A stretch of 53,189 nucleotides of DNA, taken from a virus (taxonomy: Duplodnaviria > Caudoviricetes). The DNA is taken from the IMG/VR virus record IMGVR_UViG_3300013099_000025, positions 1 to 53,189 of that record; one strand, written 5' to 3'. Made by a program: the position numbers and the translations under genes. Within the stretch, counting starts at the first letter, position 1. Every line of letters begins with the position of its first letter. Of the stretch, positions 38,827-48,648 are shown piece by piece. The notes under the pieces are model-generated. The model ran no database searches. It was not told the origin of the DNA and saw nothing but the letters and a program-made list of their open reading frames with translations.

Positions 38827-39396
38827 CTACCTCCTTTTATTCTCAAATATAACTTTCGTTTTGATCTCTTTCTTATCAAACCATTCATCTAATTTCGATT
38901 CATCGTATTTTTGGATCATAGATTTTGCCAATTTATATAAATTTTTATCTCCTTCTTTCAATACTTCCATTAATTTCTTTTTCTCTTTCATATAAACAAC
39001 AGCAAAATTTTTATCATAACTGGTGATTGATTTAGTATTATCAATCAAGTCAGCTAATTTAATTGTTTTCGCTTCCGGTGATGCATTAGCTGTATGATTC
39101 AAATCAATTTCTTTTCTGACTTTTCTATTACCTTGTGATAGTATAGATATATCAGTTAAATCTGATACCATTCTCATCACACGATTGCCGAACAAACTTT
39201 TAATTCGTCCAATTGAAACATCTGTATCTTCAACGACATCATGTAAAATTGCCGCTATGTACATTTCAATATCATCTGAAACAGATGAAACTAAACCAGC
39301 AACTGCAAATGGATGAACGATATATGGTTCATTCGTATATTTTCTAAATTGTCCAGCGTGTGCATCTCTAGCTATTCTAATTGCTTTTCTAAACAT
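38827..39396 (-). CDS. HD-domain (p)ppGpp hydrolase-like protein (small alarmone hydrolase / Mesh1 type)
   Basis: AHAGQFRKY..EPYIVHP, AAILHDVVED, IKLADLIDN; GAGGA SD favours ATG 39396. Confidence 0.85.
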   Translation of the reverse strand: MFRKAIRIARDAHAGQFRKYTNEPYIVHPFAVAGLVSSVSDDIEMYIAAILHDVVEDTDVSIGRIKSLFGNRVMRMVSDLTDISILSQGNRKVRKEIDLNHTANASPEAKTIKLADLIDNTKSITSYDKNFAVVYMKEKKKLMEVLKEGDKNLYKLAKSMIQKYDESKLDEWFDKKEIKTKVIFENKRR

Positions 39397-39480
39397 TGGG
39401 ATCCTCATATTATAAAAAATTGAATAAATGCTTCTATCGCTATTTGATATATATAAAGATTCCAATGAATTAAAAAAGAA

Positions 39481-40272
39481 TTATTCGTGTTTTATAAATG
39501 TTCCACACGAACGACAGAATTTAGCATTTGATTTACTTTTAGTTCCGCATGTTTGACATTCGATTTTTTGTTTAATTGTTCTGGTAGTTTTTATTTTTCT
39601 ATTATTGACATCACCTTTCAGATATATGTGTAAATTCTTTTCATCTCCCCAATTAAATTTATCTTCTATCTGGTCAAAGGATTGTTCTACTTCTTTTCCT
39701 TTAACTGTGATACCAGATTCATTTAACATAGATTGATTACTTACAGGCATTTCTAAACTACATGATGTTGTGATAGATGATAAAGAATTATCAAATACCG
39801 TATAATCTCCAACAGATGAATACCAAAATGGTTGTGGTTGATATGGTTGGTGAGGATGGATTGTTTTTTCGTAAGGTTGGCGGTAATAATGATGGTGATG
39901 GATATCTTTGACTGGAAATTCAATCTTTTGTACGAATTGATAAGTGATAACTATCAAACCATCTTCTGGTTTATCGCCTCTATGGTTTGATATTTGTTCT
40001 GTTTTCTCTATGAATCTGAAACTATTTTTAACATCATTATCGTTTAAAAATCCTTTCAAATTCACATTTTCTTTCGCATCTAAAATAATTGATGAATTAT
40101 TTAAAACATCTTCATCATCAATTGTAATAGAAATTTTACATTTTTCAGTATGTAGATTTCTAAGATAAATTGAATAATCAGAACCATATGGGAGATAAAC
40201 AGTATCACCATTTTCTCTGATCACTTTCCCATCAATCTTAATACACGCAACTAATTTTTCACTATACATCAT
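39481..40272 (-). CDS. hypothetical protein with C-terminal double zinc ribbon
   Basis: CQTCG...FCRSCG; AAGGGG SD. Confidence 0.75.
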   Translation of the reverse strand: MMYSEKLVACIKIDGKVIRENGDTVYLPYGSDYSIYLRNLHTEKCKISITIDDEDVLNNSSIILDAKENVNLKGFLNDNDVKNSFRFIEKTEQISNHRGDKPEDGLIVITYQFVQKIEFPVKDIHHHHYYRQPYEKTIHPHQPYQPQPFWYSSVGDYTVFDNSLSSITTSCSLEMPVSNQSMLNESGITVKGKEVEQSFDQIEDKFNWGDEKNLHIYLKGDVNNRKIKTTRTIKQKIECQTCGTKSKSNAKFCRSCGTFIKHE

Positions 40273-40345
40273 GATATACCCCTTTAAGAATCACCGACTA
40301 AAATTCTATATTTTGTTTAAAGTCGATCTGAGGTTAAATTACTAT

Positions 40346-40359
40346 CACTTATATGTTCC
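40346..40359 (-). promoter_or_regulatory. putative late promoter variant GGAACATATAAGTG
   Basis: 1 mismatch to the motif, upstream of 40272. Confidence 0.6.
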
Positions 40360-40366
40360 TATTTTC

Positions 40367-40735
40367 CTAGTCAAATTCCTGATGAATATCAACATTTCCC
40401 ATTAGTTCACCCCCATCTCCCCAACCTTGATTTGGATCATCTTCTGATCTGATAGTTGGTAATAACGTAGTTGAACATCGAGAATGAATAGCTGCAATCC
40501 CATTCGATTTATCTTCAGAAAACATTAAATCACAAACATCTCTCCAATCTAATCTCCAATTTAAAGAATTTTTTTGTTCTGGTGTGAAAACTTTACCATA
40601 TGAATCATATTCACCTTCCATTCTTTCAATAATTTTCCCATCTTTAAGGAGAAATAGTCTAACTTTTTCTCCTTGAAATGAATTTGAAAGAATAGCTTTT
40701 CCACATACTTGACATAAAAACGAAAAACATCCCAT
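40367..40735 (-). CDS. hypothetical phage protein
   Basis: MGCFSFLC...GEYDSYG...DPNQGWG. Confidence 0.75.
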   Translation of the reverse strand: MGCFSFLCQVCGKAILSNSFQGEKVRLFLLKDGKIIERMEGEYDSYGKVFTPEQKNSLNWRLDWRDVCDLMFSEDKSNGIAAIHSRCSTTLLPTIRSEDDPNQGWGDGGELMGNVDIHQEFD

Positions 40736-41023
40736 CTAAATTTTCTCCCAATCAATAAGTTGTAAAATCTTATTAAAATCCTCTATTATTTGTTTAATAT
40801 ATTTTTCTAAATCTTCTTTAATATCAGTTTCTTCATCTATATAATCTCTCTCATCATTTTCAGAATCCCATATATGTAAACCGATAAATTTAATAATATG
40901 ATGATCTCCATTCGAAATAAATTCCAAATATATATCTTCGTTTTTCAACTGTTCATATAAACCAACGTTTATATTATCAACTATCTCACAAATTTTTCTT
41001 GCATCGAAAGCTACATCTGACAT
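40736..41023 (-). CDS. hypothetical acidic protein
   Basis: 95 aa in operon. Confidence 0.7.
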   Translation of the reverse strand: MSDVAFDARKICEIVDNINVGLYEQLKNEDIYLEFISNGDHHIIKFIGLHIWDSENDERDYIDEETDIKEDLEKYIKQIIEDFNKILQLIDWEKI

Positions 41024-41025
41024 AA

Positions 41026-41343
41026 TTACCCCTTTGATAATTTTATATCGATTGATATATTAACATCCGTATCGTCTATAGTTAATTTTTCTAAACAACA
41101 TAAATCACAATCAGCACCACCATGTTCTGGATGATAATAAAAATTACCATGATCTTCACATGAATTTCTACTATGATCCATAAACAATTTCAAAACTTCT
41201 CTGTTTGTAACTACCAATTTTAATAAATCTCTTCTTCGCTCTATTTCTTTATTTTTTTCTATAATTTCTCTTCGATCAATTTCCTTTAATAAATTACCCA
41301 TTGGAATATGTGCTAAATTATTTTCCATCACAGTTTCTCTCAA
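41026..41343 (-). CDS. hypothetical protein
   Basis: 105 aa; start may be the internal ATG. Confidence 0.65.
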   Translation of the reverse strand: MRETVMENNLAHIPMGNLLKEIDRREIIEKNKEIERRRDLLKLVVTNREVLKLFMDHSRNSCEDHGNFYYHPEHGGADCDLCCLEKLTIDDTDVNISIDIKLSKG

Positions 41344-42081
41344 TTAGAATGTTTCGTAAATGATAGCTTTAAAAAAAGGTTCGAAATATATTTGAAAATA
41401 TTTTTCCCTATCGATATCTTCCATATCTATCATATGAACGGTCTTTTTATTTAAAATTACTTCTCCCATTTCTGAAAGAAATAATTTGAATTTATCATCT
41501 ATTGGTATCATATAAAATTTCATTTTATCTGTGAAGTATATGAAATCTTTATATTTTTTCAATGACTTCACAATGCTTCTAATATCTAAGAAATTTATAT
41601 TTAAGATTTTTTTATATAAATTATCAATTTCATCATATCTAGCAGGAATACCTTTTATCAATAATGAATCATTATAACAATCTATCCCCAAATACATTTT
41701 CATATTTATAGCAAAAATAAAAATATCATATAAATTCTTAAATTCTAACGTAGCAGGATAATCATGTTCTAAATTTAAATTTAAAGATTTTATTGAATAA
41801 AAGCCGTCATATTGTCTCAATATAATATCTGAAGGAGCTAACGAATTACTCGATATATAAAAATCTATTATTTCTTTCGTAGTATTTCTCAGGAATTTTG
41901 TCAATTCCCGATCTCCTCGCATCATCATACCAATTTCTTTATTTCTCTCAAATTTATTTTCACTATCAATATGACTGACATCATAACCGCTATTTTTTAA
42001 AATATTGTAATGACACGATGGAATATCATATGAGTATATATTCTTATAGATATATTGATATTTCTTCAGATTTTTGTACAT
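41344..42081 (-). CDS. divergent family-B DNA polymerase-like palm fragment
   Basis: YSYDIPSCHYNIL (motif A-like), RQYDGF (motif C-like), IKGI, IDREKYF; lacks exonuclease. Confidence 0.45.
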   Translation of the reverse strand: MYKNLKKYQYIYKNIYSYDIPSCHYNILKNSGYDVSHIDSENKFERNKEIGMMMRGDRELTKFLRNTTKEIIDFYISSNSLAPSDIILRQYDGFYSIKSLNLNLEHDYPATLEFKNLYDIFIFAINMKMYLGIDCYNDSLLIKGIPARYDEIDNLYKKILNINFLDIRSIVKSLKKYKDFIYFTDKMKFYMIPIDDKFKLFLSEMGEVILNKKTVHMIDMEDIDREKYFQIYFEPFFKAIIYETF

Positions 42082-42092
42082 ACAAAACCTCG

Positions 42093-42130
42093 AAAGAATG
42101 TCATGATTATTTCAAATCATGACATTCTTT
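42093..42130. terminator. 16-bp-stem hairpin
   Basis: AAAGAATGTCATGATT / AATCATGACATTCTTT. Confidence 0.65.
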
Positions 42131-42134
42131 CTTA

Positions 42135-42926
42135 TTATATGAGATTGATCATTGCATTGATAACTTTAATTGAATGTGCCACATCGATTGTTTTATTTAA
42201 GATATCGTGTAATGTGTTGATCACAATTCTCTTCGAAGTTAACATTTCCATTTTCTGATAAAATGGTGTGTAATATATACAACAATCTTCAGCATCAAAT
42301 GTTGAATCATCATCAATAGATCGTTCGATAGTTTCTGGATCTGATATGATTAAATTATCTAAATTCACTTCAATATTTTTATTTCGTCTAAATTTATCAA
42401 ACCATATTGGATAACTGTGATCATTTGAATCTACAAACAACACTGTACATAAATTTGATTTTGTTCCATAAATCTTCCAATGATAATCCCCATCAGATTC
42501 ATATTTAATCACAAAACCATTCTCACCAAATAATTTCATATAATCGGTTGATTTATCAAACACCATATAATCATTCATGTGTTTATATATCTGAATGTTA
42601 TTATTATTTTCTTCTGTAGATTTTAAAATAACAATCCCATTGTCAGAAATATCACTGATATTTGTTAAATCGATTTTTGTAGTGAATTGTAAATTATTCG
42701 TTCTATTTAAAAAAGTTTCAAAATTTATACTTTCATATATCAATGAATTGACATCAAAAGTATTAGAAATAATATCCGTATCAACAACTTCTCTCGATGA
42801 GAAGTTGTCTCCATCTTCTTCGATCATAGCATTATGATCGATATCTGGAGATGGAGAACTATGGGCAACATTACATTCTTCAATTGTTTCATTGATCGAT
42901 CTCTCGATCATACTGGCTAAATTCAT
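42135..42926 (-). CDS. hypothetical acidic protein
   Basis: 263 aa, GAGGAG SD. Confidence 0.7.
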   Translation of the reverse strand: MNLASMIERSINETIEECNVAHSSPSPDIDHNAMIEEDGDNFSSREVVDTDIISNTFDVNSLIYESINFETFLNRTNNLQFTTKIDLTNISDISDNGIVILKSTEENNNNIQIYKHMNDYMVFDKSTDYMKLFGENGFVIKYESDGDYHWKIYGTKSNLCTVLFVDSNDHSYPIWFDKFRRNKNIEVNLDNLIISDPETIERSIDDDSTFDAEDCCIYYTPFYQKMEMLTSKRIVINTLHDILNKTIDVAHSIKVINAMINLI

Positions 42927-42937
42927 TTCACACTCCT

Positions 42938-43789
42938 CTATATTAGTGAATTATAGTTGAATCCATTCTCAACACCTTTGCAATTAATTGCTATTGCTTC
43001 ATGTGTATGAATAGATTCTTCATGTTTACATTTAACAATCCAATCTACAATACCATCCATTTTCTCTAATTGATATGATATCAATCGGATTGCATCTTCA
43101 ACAAATAACGGATTTTCGGATGCAACTCTAGCTAATTCTTGTTCATCGATTCGTTTTATAATCGGATAGGGTTGTGTAACTAATATTTTATTCATACCTT
43201 CGATAATATCTTCCAACCATATCTGTTTTTTATTTATCAAATCCATCGATATTCTTATTTTTGTAAATGATCTTTGTGCATGTGGGAATCCCATATTCTT
43301 TAATTTAGTCATCAAATGTTTGGCTAATTCAGCTGAACATGGACAATATGATGAATATTGGATTTCTACTGATTGAATAAATTCATATTTCCCATCTACC
43401 CTAGACGCTTCAAATGAACAAGGATAGAATAACGGAAATTCGTTATCGCTGATTGGAGATTTTTTAGAGACAGGTAAATCAAAATAAAATTTGATATAAC
43501 TATCTCTTTCCCCTACAGCACTACTGATTTCATCCAAACATAATTTAATCAATGACCAATTAAGACCTTTATTGAGATAAGGTTTTATTGACAATAACAA
43601 ACGTGACATTGAAATACCTTTTATATTGTCACGTAGATTGGTAGCTATAAATACATTGGCTACCAATTGTGATGTTTCACCATTTCGCAATAATAATGAA
43701 AAAGGCAGTTTTATAGTTTCCACGCCTACTATATTAATTGCGATTCTATATTCCGGTGATGTTTCTTGTATATCTGGTAATAATGTCAT
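42938..43789 (-). CDS. folE2: GTP cyclohydrolase I type B (FolE2)
   Basis: LPDIQ, KGISMSR, SYCPCS, PHAQRS, KRIDE, NPLFVED, HEESIHTH motifs. Confidence 0.92.
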   Translation of the reverse strand: MTLLPDIQETSPEYRIAINIVGVETIKLPFSLLLRNGETSQLVANVFIATNLRDNIKGISMSRLLLSIKPYLNKGLNWSLIKLCLDEISSAVGERDSYIKFYFDLPVSKKSPISDNEFPLFYPCSFEASRVDGKYEFIQSVEIQYSSYCPCSAELAKHLMTKLKNMGFPHAQRSFTKIRISMDLINKKQIWLEDIIEGMNKILVTQPYPIIKRIDEQELARVASENPLFVEDAIRLISYQLEKMDGIVDWIVKCKHEESIHTHEAIAINCKGVENGFNYNSLI

Positions 43790-46700
43790 TTCAAATCATC
43801 TCCAATATCAATCATCATGACATAATTATATGCCTTTAATAATTTCAATGTTTCTGATTCCATATCTGGATTTTCTTCTAAATCAAGATATTCTGTTCCA
43901 ATAGCTTTCTTTAGAAAATTATTTTTACCATCAACACAATCAGATTTTATCGTATAAAATTCTTGTTGATTAATTGGCATATCGTTTGAAACTAAACAAA
44001 TACTTTCCATTTCTCCACACTTCTGTCCACCGTTATTAACCTTACCAGAAACAGGTTGCATGGTTTTTTGTGAAGTTATTCCAATACTTCGATAAGCTAA
44101 TTTCTTTTCAGATCTATGAATCAATTTCATGATATACATATATCCAGTCGCAATCTCATTTATAATATAATCATTTAAAATGGGATCGAAAATTTTATCT
44201 TCGAAATCAGTTTTTGTGTATTTCATTATCTTATGTAAATCTTGATTATTTATAGAATCAAATGGTGGTTGAACAAGATATATGTTATCAATATATTGTT
44301 CATCGATAATATCAGGGAGTAATTGTTTTACATGACTAATGATCCATTTTTCTGGTGTCTTATCAGTCAGATAAATATAATCTATGAAATATTTTTTAAT
44401 ATCATGTTGATCTTTACCATCAACAAGCATTTTCTTCATATTGTTCTTCATATCGATCAAAGATTTAGTCAATGATATTTCAAACAATTGTCCAGTATTC
44501 ATTCGAGAAATAACACCAACTGGATTCAAACAAACATCTACATGTGATCCATCTGGTAATTGTGGCATGACTTCATGTTTTTTAATTGCGGTAATAACAC
44601 CTTTATTTCCATGTCTATTTGCCAGTTTATCTCCAATCTGAATCGGACTTTCATATATCCCATTTATATCTATTCTCACACCTTTGATCAATTCATCTTT
44701 ATTCTTATATTTACCGGGATAACTATGTATATCAAGACTATGTTCAGCTATAATTCTCTTACCATCTTTTTTATCTGTCGTATCTGCAATAACTTGAATC
44801 AATTTGTTATCTTTTTTGATCTGATCATCAATAACTTTATTCATCCATGTGTCATATTCTTTAATATTGGTATACCATTCATTTGCATATACTGTGATAT
44901 CTTCAATCATCAAATCATATTTTGCTGTTCTTTCAAGACTATCTTCAAAAATATTGTAAGCATTATCCTTTATTGCACCAAATAAATACATTTCTTTGAT
45001 GATTGCGTAAATGTCTCCTTTCTTAATAGATGTTCCAATTGGATGAAGAGGTGTATATACATCTGTTTTTCCACCATTCAGATCCAATAAAACTTTTGTC
45101 GGACTAATATTGAATGACATATCCACATAATGTTGTGATGTCAAACAACCATCCTTCACCAATCTATCAGATATTACAATACCATCCTCATGATTATATC
45201 CATAGTATGACATGAAAGCAATTTTGAAATTTTGACCAATTGTTATATTTTCATTCTTACAAAATACACTATATGCCAACACTTGATCTTTTGAAAATTT
45301 ATCTCCTTTCTTTAAATTAGTTATCATCACATCCATATTTTCAGATGTAATTGGTCTGACCCCAATATCGATTACATCAATATTACCTCGATCATATCCA
45401 ATTATAAGATGTTTATTTGCCACAAATAATACTTCACCATCGCCTTTTGCTTTGTGTAAGAAATTACTATATTTAGTAAAACTTCTTTCCGCACCAGAAC
45501 AAATTAACGGTATATGAAAATCCTTTAAAAGAATTGATTGTTTCATCTGACTAGAAGCCATTTGAAGGCGTGTCTGGTCAGTATGTTCAAGAAATGGAAT
45601 CATCGTTATTGGAATCGATGTTATTGACTTTGATTCTGCTGTATCAATGAACTGAAATTTATCATCAAATTTAGCCATTGGATTTATATTTTGAACCACA
45701 CCACAATTTTCTCTATCTGGTGTATCAACGGGACAAATCTTTCCTGTCATTGATCTATTTAAATCTCTCAATTTAGTCGGAACAGATTTCTTTTTAAATC
45801 CATTAGGACCAGTTAAAGATGTTTGAGCAATCTGAGCAATCTGTTCAATTGGATTAATACTAAAATCAAATTGAACAATCTCAGATGTATTGCTATCTCC
45901 AAGTATTTTAGTTTTAGAAATATTAAATTTTGGTTTAGGATCGTTTCTACAATTAACACATAACTTGAAAACGTTTGTTATGAAATACTGTAAAACCGCA
46001 TATTCGAAACATCTGATTCTTTTATTTGCATAATTAAGATCATCATACCAAATATCATTCACTACAATATTCAACAAACAATCAACTATATTATCTTCAT
46101 CAATAAATCGTTTGGTGATAACATCGACATCTAAAACATGCTTCATGGAAAACATGTAATCATTGCCTTTAGCTACTGGATTACGATCAGAAAAATATGA
46201 ACCAATGTTATGAATGAAATCATCTTGTTCTATTTTTTCATCAGAATAATTCAACAAATCCAATAATAATAATTGGTGTAATGATAAATTTTTTGGATCT
46301 GATTCAATCAATTCCCTTTCATTGATATCTGTTAAAAATTTATCTTTAATTTCATCGGGACCGTAAAATGCATTCAACACAATCGCAAAAGGAATATTTC
46401 GTGAAAAAGCAGATATCATTACGAACGAATCAATTTTATTCTTCTTCGTATATTTCCAAAATAAAGATACTCTACCAACATTTGTTTGAATTCGTATCTC
46501 TTTTTTCTTCTTTGTATCAAAAGTTAAAATGGGAATATCAAATAATTGATATTTCGGAATCTTCTTTCTTTTATTTATGGAAAACCATTGTCCATTTATC
46601 AATTTTGGAATCTGCATTGATAGATCAATAATTTTACCCCCTTTTGATAATTTGATTACGATATTTTCTTTCACCGTATTTATCAAATTATGACCACTAT

Positions 46701-46860
46701 ATCTTGTATCTATTTTTTCAAATCTATCAATTACAAAATCACATAAAACAGGGACTTTTAATATTTCCTCAATATCATCCATTAATTGATCGTAATTTTC
46801 TTGTCGTATAGTAAATATATTTCTTTCCGGTAAATGTAATTCTGGATTATCTGGATACAT
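43786..46860 (-). CDS. rpoB: phage multisubunit RNA polymerase beta subunit
   Basis: GKICPVDTPDRENCG, RLQMASSQMKQ, GYNHEDG, GDKLANRHGNKGVI, NPVGVISRMN.GQ, GGQKCGEME. Confidence 0.95.
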   Translation of the reverse strand: MYPDNPELHLPERNIFTIRQENYDQLMDDIEEILKVPVLCDFVIDRFEKIDTRYSGHNLINTVKENIVIKLSKGGKIIDLSMQIPKLINGQWFSINKRKKIPKYQLFDIPILTFDTKKKKEIRIQTNVGRVSLFWKYTKKNKIDSFVMISAFSRNIPFAIVLNAFYGPDEIKDKFLTDINERELIESDPKNLSLHQLLLLDLLNYSDEKIEQDDFIHNIGSYFSDRNPVAKGNDYMFSMKHVLDVDVITKRFIDEDNIVDCLLNIVVNDIWYDDLNYANKRIRCFEYAVLQYFITNVFKLCVNCRNDPKPKFNISKTKILGDSNTSEIVQFDFSINPIEQIAQIAQTSLTGPNGFKKKSVPTKLRDLNRSMTGKICPVDTPDRENCGVVQNINPMAKFDDKFQFIDTAESKSITSIPITMIPFLEHTDQTRLQMASSQMKQSILLKDFHIPLICSGAERSFTKYSNFLHKAKGDGEVLFVANKHLIIGYDRGNIDVIDIGVRPITSENMDVMITNLKKGDKFSKDQVLAYSVFCKNENITIGQNFKIAFMSYYGYNHEDGIVISDRLVKDGCLTSQHYVDMSFNISPTKVLLDLNGGKTDVYTPLHPIGTSIKKGDIYAIIKEMYLFGAIKDNAYNIFEDSLERTAKYDLMIEDITVYANEWYTNIKEYDTWMNKVIDDQIKKDNKLIQVIADTTDKKDGKRIIAEHSLDIHSYPGKYKNKDELIKGVRIDINGIYESPIQIGDKLANRHGNKGVITAIKKHEVMPQLPDGSHVDVCLNPVGVISRMNTGQLFEISLTKSLIDMKNNMKKMLVDGKDQHDIKKYFIDYIYLTDKTPEKWIISHVKQLLPDIIDEQYIDNIYLVQPPFDSINNQDLHKIMKYTKTDFEDKIFDPILNDYIINEIATGYMYIMKLIHRSEKKLAYRSIGITSQKTMQPVSGKVNNGGQKCGEMESICLVSNDMPINQQEFYTIKSDCVDGKNNFLKKAIGTEYLDLEENPDMESETLKLLKAYNYVMMIDIGDDLK

Positions 46861-46881
46861 ACACTCATTCCTTTCTAATTA

Positions 46882-48567
46882 TTAAATATTTTTGTATGAT
46901 ACACCACACATAATTTTATCAATGACCCCACCAGAATATAGACCAGGCCTCAATAATCCATTTATCAATTCACGCTTTGTATTTGAGAATGAAATTCCCA
47001 TTATCCAACTTTCTAATGATGGAATATTTACAATAGATTTCATCTGATATGGCTTGTTTTCCCTATCTTCTAATGTTCTCCATTTATGTCCATCGTCAAA
47101 CCACATCAATTGTGCAACAAGACATTCGAAATGAACATGCATAAAGAATCTATCTTTTGAATAAATCTCAAATAAATCTGTAACTAATTGATCAGCATTA
47201 CTATTTTTTTCGTATTTATGAACCATTTTAGATATCAATGTCAATGCTCCAACAATATCTTTCTGTTCCATCTCACCGGAATCATTGATGAAATCATCGT
47301 CGATTGAAGCTACTCCTGATTTATGAAATGTCTGTAATACCATTTGGGTATTCGATTCACCTAATGCTTGAGACGCAATCGATCCAACAAATCTACTATT
47401 ATTTAGATGACGATATAATTCTCCATAACATCTCTTACAAACTTTCTCAGATTTACAATACATCACACTTCTGATAAAAATCTTTTTATTGACAAGTGTT
47501 TTTAAATTAGATGGTTTAACCATGAATAATGAATCGTGATCATCTGGTGAAAATGTTATCCATCGACCAATTATAGATTGTGCTTTTTTCTCATCTGGAA
47601 TAAATATAGAAAGATAATCTGTTGTTCCGCAATCATCGTTATCATAATCTAACATCAGATTAGAACAAGCGAATGCGAATTTTCTGAATAAATACCCTGA
47701 GAAAGATGTTTTTATTGCAACATCCAATAATCCTTTTCTACAACCAAATGATGATGTAAAAAATTCTTCTGGTGTCAATCCATCTACAAATGAATTTTTA
47801 ATTGGTGTGGTTAAAATATGTCCTTTAAAATTTGATATGAATCCCCGTGATAGAATCAATTGTCTTGCTTGATCCCAACTTCCTCTTGCACCGGATTCGA
47901 TCATATCTGTATATTGGAAATTTTCACGTAAAAATTTAGAGACTCTTGGACCATTGATTTCTTTGATTTGATCTGTCACTTTATCCAAAGAATAAATCTC
48001 ATCACGCAATTTAGTTTGTGATAACATACCTTTCAATGAAATAGTATGACCAATAACAGTTGCATATACAAAACCAACAGTTTTTATATTGTCTAAAATA
48101 TCTCTGATTTTTCCATTATATTTATTGAAAGCGTCGTAAATATATTGTCGGATAACATCAGATGTCACTGGTTTATTAATCAATTGAAAATCATCTGGAA
48201 AACATTCATTTATTATTTTCATTCCAGCTGTTATTTCTTCATTCTTATATTTTACTTTTTCGCCAAATTTACCATCTGTTATAGTGCTTAACATAAATAA
48301 TCCCAATACCATTTCCTGACTTGGTGTGGTAGTGATTTTCATATCAGTTGGATTTAACAGACAATTTGTTGATAATGCTTGTGTTTTAGCTTCTTCTTGA
48401 GATTCTGGTGTCACTGGAAGATATACAGCCATCGAATCTTGAACAAACACTCCATCGTGTGTAGCGAAAGTAAAATAATCTTCGATTGTAAAATCATAAG
48501 CCGTTGTTTTTTCTGGATCATGTGTTATTTCTATTTCAGATATCGGAATTAGAATTCTATCATTCAT
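46882..48567 (-). CDS. rpoC: RNA polymerase beta' C-terminal part, fused behind a 44-aa C-intein
   Basis: After residue 44: SMAVYLP, TPSQEMVLGL, SGARG, bridge helix RKGLLDVAIKTSFSGYLFRK, CKRCYG, trigger loop QALGESNTQMVLQTFH; own AAGGGG SD. Confidence 0.93.
   Translation of the reverse strand: MNDRILIPISEIEITHDPEKTTAYDFTIEDYFTFATHDGVFVQDSMAVYLPVTPESQEEAKTQALSTNCLLNPTDMKITTTPSQEMVLGLFMLSTITDGKFGEKVKYKNEEITAGMKIINECFPDDFQLINKPVTSDVIRQYIYDAFNKYNGKIRDILDNIKTVGFVYATVIGHTISLKGMLSQTKLRDEIYSLDKVTDQIKEINGPRVSKFLRENFQYTDMIESGARGSWDQARQLILSRGFISNFKGHILTTPIKNSFVDGLTPEEFFTSSFGCRKGLLDVAIKTSFSGYLFRKFAFACSNLMLDYDNDDCGTTDYLSIFIPDEKKAQSIIGRWITFSPDDHDSLFMVKPSNLKTLVNKKIFIRSVMYCKSEKVCKRCYGELYRHLNNSRFVGSIASQALGESNTQMVLQTFHKSGVASIDDDFINDSGEMEQKDIVGALTLISKMVHKYEKNSNADQLVTDLFEIYSKDRFFMHVHFECLVAQLMWFDDGHKWRTLEDRENKPYQMKSIVNIPSLESWIMGISFSNTKRELINGLLRPGLYSGGVIDKIMCGVSYKNI
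48436..48567 (-). mobile_element. split intein C-half (44 aa; blocks F/G)
   Basis: AYDFTIEDYFTFATHDGVFVQD|S resembles the block F (VYDL.V....F.ANG) and G consensus, with QD in place of HN and Ser+1. Confidence 0.85.
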
Positions 48568-48600
48568 CTATGTGACCCCTTTTTAGGAAATATTTTGTAC

Positions 48601-48642
48601 GTTTCTCTATGATGAAAAACTATGTTTCCATCATAGAGAAAC
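48601..48642. terminator. 14-bp-stem hairpin between the endonuclease gene and the beta'-C gene
   Basis: GTTTCTCTATGATG / CATCATAGAGAAAC. Confidence 0.6.
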
Positions 48643-48648
48643 AAATTT

